A DNA stretch of 40,764 nucleotides, taken from Patescibacteria group bacterium UBA1396. Lineage in GTDB: Bacteria; Patescibacteriota; Microgenomatia; UBA1400; UBA1396. Position 1 is the first letter of the stretch. Every line of letters starts with the position of its first letter. The notes beneath the pieces were generated by a model that was given only the letters and a program-made list of their open reading frames with translations, was not told the origin of the DNA and searched no databases. This document shows positions 36,783 to 40,764 of this stretch, one piece after another. The DNA lies in the NCBI GenBank assembly GCA_002305195.1, contig DBQK01000009.1, forward strand, positions 18,811 through 59,574, written 5' to 3'. Position numbers and translations under genes: made by a program.

Positions 36783-37625
36783 ATGAACTTTTGGTGGAAT
36801 CTAAGCTGGTTACCAAGTCTTACAGGTTGGGTTTTGGTACTGATAGGTATTTTGGGTGCAGGTTATTATTTCTGGCGAAAAGCCAGAGAAGAGCACTACA
36901 ATTTAGTGACTGCTTTTGACGGTCTAATCGTTGCCTCCTTATTAGGTTTATGGGCAGCTAGAGCAAGTTATTTATTATTGCAAACCGATTGGTCTGGATT
37001 TTTTTGGTGGCGATTTTTCAATCTCTGGTCATATCCAGGAATGTGGGCGCCGGCCGGCCTGGTCACATCTTATTTGTTTTTAATCTGGACCGGCCGGCGC
37101 CTCAAGAGAGATTCCTTTGAAATTTGGGATTTTTATACCTTAGCTTTGGTCTGGTTTTTGGGTTGGTGGTGGTTATCCAGGTTTGTGGTTGGGGCGGCGG
37201 CTGGTACCGCTACAAATTTACCTTGGGGTATAGTTTTCCCCCAGCGAGTCGAGCCAGCTCACCCAGTGCAAATTTATGCCGCCGCCGCCTACCTTTTACT
37301 CTTTCGCTACCTTTGGTGGGCGGAGCCGAGGTTTAGATTTTTTATCTGGTATCGTAGCAAAAAGAGAACAGCTAAGCCAGGTTACTTACTGGCGGTATTT
37401 TTAATTTTTAGTGGCTTGTTGGGCATAGGTTTGAGTTTTTTGCAATATCCCTTTGTGATGATTTTTGATTTTGAAATCAGTCAATTCTTTTCAATGGCCC
37501 AATTTATTGTAGGATGTGTGATACTCTATGTACGATCGGGACAATCGTTTTTCGTAAAAAAAGAGAAGGGGAAACATGTCACACCTTTCGCCTCAACAAA
37601 TACAGGAACTGAAAACAATTCTTGA
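36783..37625 (+). CDS. lgt: prolipoprotein diacylglyceryl transferase-like protein, degenerate
   Basis: AAR..Y, G..T.LPWGIVFP, HPVQIY, PG.L...FL, SQ..S; clustered with lspA. Confidence 0.8.
   Translation: MNFWWNLSWLPSLTGWVLVLIGILGAGYYFWRKAREEHYNLVTAFDGLIVASLLGLWAARASYLLLQTDWSGFFWWRFFNLWSYPGMWAPAGLVTSYLFLIWTGRRLKRDSFEIWDFYTLALVWFLGWWWLSRFVVGAAAGTATNLPWGIVFPQRVEPAHPVQIYAAAAYLLLFRYLWWAEPRFRFFIWYRSKKRTAKPGYLLAVFLIFSGLLGIGLSFLQYPFVMIFDFEISQFFSMAQFIVGCVILYVRSGQSFFVKKEKGKHVTPFASTNTGTENNS
37046..37101. repeat. perfect intragenic GC inverted repeat, 12-bp arms, 32-nt spacer
   Basis: GGCGCCGGCCGG (37046-37057) and CCGGCCGGCGCC (37090-37101). Confidence 0.9.
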
Positions 37626-37944
37626 GCAGAAATTGGCGGATTTGGAAGATTATGCTGCTAATTTAGAGGAAGAAGACCCAACTGCTTATGAAGATCGTAC
37701 GGTTGATAATGCCGAGTCAGGCGAGGAAGCTTTAGAAGATTACGGCATCATGCAGAATGAAGCTTTAGAAAATGCGGCCGACACGTCGATTGCCGAAATT
37801 AAGGCTGCTTTAGAGAGAATTAAACAGGGAACTTATGGCTGTGACTTGGAAACAGGTGAGCCAATTCCTTACGAGCGTCTTAAGCTGTATCCAGCTGCTA
37901 CTCACAACGTTAAGCCAAAGGAAAATCAACCAGCGGATAACTAA
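37576..37944 (+). CDS. DksA/TraR family protein
   Basis: Coiled coil followed by ALERIKQGTYG...TGEPIPYERL..YP. Confidence 0.88.
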   Translation: MSHLSPQQIQELKTILEQKLADLEDYAANLEEEDPTAYEDRTVDNAESGEEALEDYGIMQNEALENAADTSIAEIKAALERIKQGTYGCDLETGEPIPYERLKLYPAATHNVKPKENQPADN

Positions 37945-37967
37945 GGGAGTATAATTGTTCGCTCATT

Positions 37968-38432
37968 ATGAAGTTTAAATTCAATCAAGTTTTGCAGCTA
38001 CATAATAGGGCAATCTTAATATCAGGTTTTTTGATGGCTTTATTTTCAGATCAACTGACAAAATATATTTGGCCGGTAAAATCGATTAATCAAGGTGTCG
38101 TTTTTGGTAAATTAGTTCTATCTAATGAGTTTATTCATCTCCTGTATGCTTTACTGATTATAAGTTTATTGTGGTTGGCGCGTTGGTATTGTCGACACAC
38201 CACTGGGTGGCTGATTGTAGCTAGCTACGGCTTGTTGATTGGCGCAGCTACTTCCAACTGGCTAGATCGGTGGCTTTACCAAGGGACACGTGATATTTGG
38301 CCGGTTTACGGTTGGCCGATAGTTAATAATTTGGCCGACTGGCTAATTGTTGGCAGTGGAGTAGTCATAGTTATGACTGATTGGTTAAGTTATTTTTCTC
38401 ACAAGCGGTCAGAAATTTACCATGAAGCATAA
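37968..38432 (+). CDS. lspA: signal peptidase II
   Basis: DQLTK, NQGVVFG, GA..SN..DR, NLADW. Confidence 0.85.
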   Translation: MKFKFNQVLQLHNRAILISGFLMALFSDQLTKYIWPVKSINQGVVFGKLVLSNEFIHLLYALLIISLLWLARWYCRHTTGWLIVASYGLLIGAATSNWLDRWLYQGTRDIWPVYGWPIVNNLADWLIVGSGVVIVMTDWLSYFSHKRSEIYHEA

Positions 38433-39232
38433 ATCAGAACCTACCGTTATTTTTGAAGACGAGTATTTGTTGGCTATTAATAAACCACCAGGCTGGGTAA
38501 CTAATCGAGCTGACTCAGCCGTTGGGCCTACCTGTCAAGATTGGGCGGAAAAGTATTTTCAAAATGACTTACAGTGGCAAGCAAGCTATCAGCAAGATGA
38601 GGTTTTTCGCTCACGTTCCGGCTTTGCTCACCGGCTAGATAAGGATACCAGCGGGGTATTATTGATCGCCAAAAGTGATAAATCTCTAAAAAGTTTAATG
38701 TCCGCTTTTAAAAATCGGCAAATGCAAAAAACTTATCTTGCTCTGGCTCATGGTTGTCCAAAATCTACTAAGGGAATCATTTCGGCCGCCATCATTCGCC
38801 ACCCGCGCAACAGAGAAAGATTCTCGGTATCGGTAGCCGGTCGACCCAGTCAAACGCATTTTGAAGTTTTGACCCAACTAAACGAGATCAATCTTGATCA
38901 ATTATTAAAAAATAGCTTAGGTGAAAAAGAACTTTCACCTCAAGAACGCAAACAAGCGATAAAGCTCTACGAAGATGGTTTTAGCTTGCTACAACTACAG
39001 CCCAAAACCGGTCGTACTCACCAGATTAGAGTACATTTGCAGTTTATTCATCATCCAATTGTGGGTGATCAGCGTTATGTTGGTCGCAAGCGCGGTCGAA
39101 TAGATTATCTGTGGTGCCAACGGCAATGGCTGCATGCTTTTAAACTAGAAATGGACTCACCCTTTGGCACCCAAAAAAACTATTCGATTACGGCCCCAGT
39201 CGCCGATGATTTAAAATTTGTCTGGCAGAAGC

Positions 39233-40764
<1,532 letters not shown>

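Noticed and set aside
3264-37101. GC hairpins read as REP/MITE elements, terminators or DGR hairpins
   Set aside because: They are intragenic and in frame, have no shared full-length sequence, target duplications or U-tails, and no reverse transcriptase or template repeat is present in the window.
1524-38877. Many 60-130 aa alternative-frame or antisense ORFs (e.g. 19279-19671, 22227-22523, 33006-33314, 31903-32217)
   Set aside because: They are nested in well-supported genes and show no independent motifs.

Overview
Compact, AT-rich, gene-dense housekeeping region of a bacterium using genetic code 11. Gene content and style (reduced rpsB-tsf-frr-rseP-proS block, archaeal-type ProRS, short EF-Ts, TPR-fused O-antigen-ligase-like protein, degenerate Lgt) suggest Patescibacteria/CPR, probably Microgenomates; this is inference only. 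It carries def-fmt, an mreB-C-D-pbp2 cluster, dprA-topA, an extended thymidylate/folate cluster (thyA, HIT, deaminase, cytidylyltransferase, DHFR, dut, tmk, glyA, nfo, folD), translation genes, dnaB, tRNA-Leu(CAA), lgt-dksA-lspA-rluA and queA/tgt. Three signals stand out. (1) About a dozen perfect, almost pure G/C inverted repeats (arms 10-16 bp) lie inside unrelated coding sequences. (2) An atypical ThyA is clustered with an HxHxQ HIT protein, a cytidylyltransferase and a deaminase with an extra N-terminal domain, hinting at an undescribed dTMP route. (3) A -10 hexamer sits 6-10 nt before many start codons, implying pervasive leaderless or near-leaderless mRNAs. All calls are by motif recognition by eye; no searches were run.
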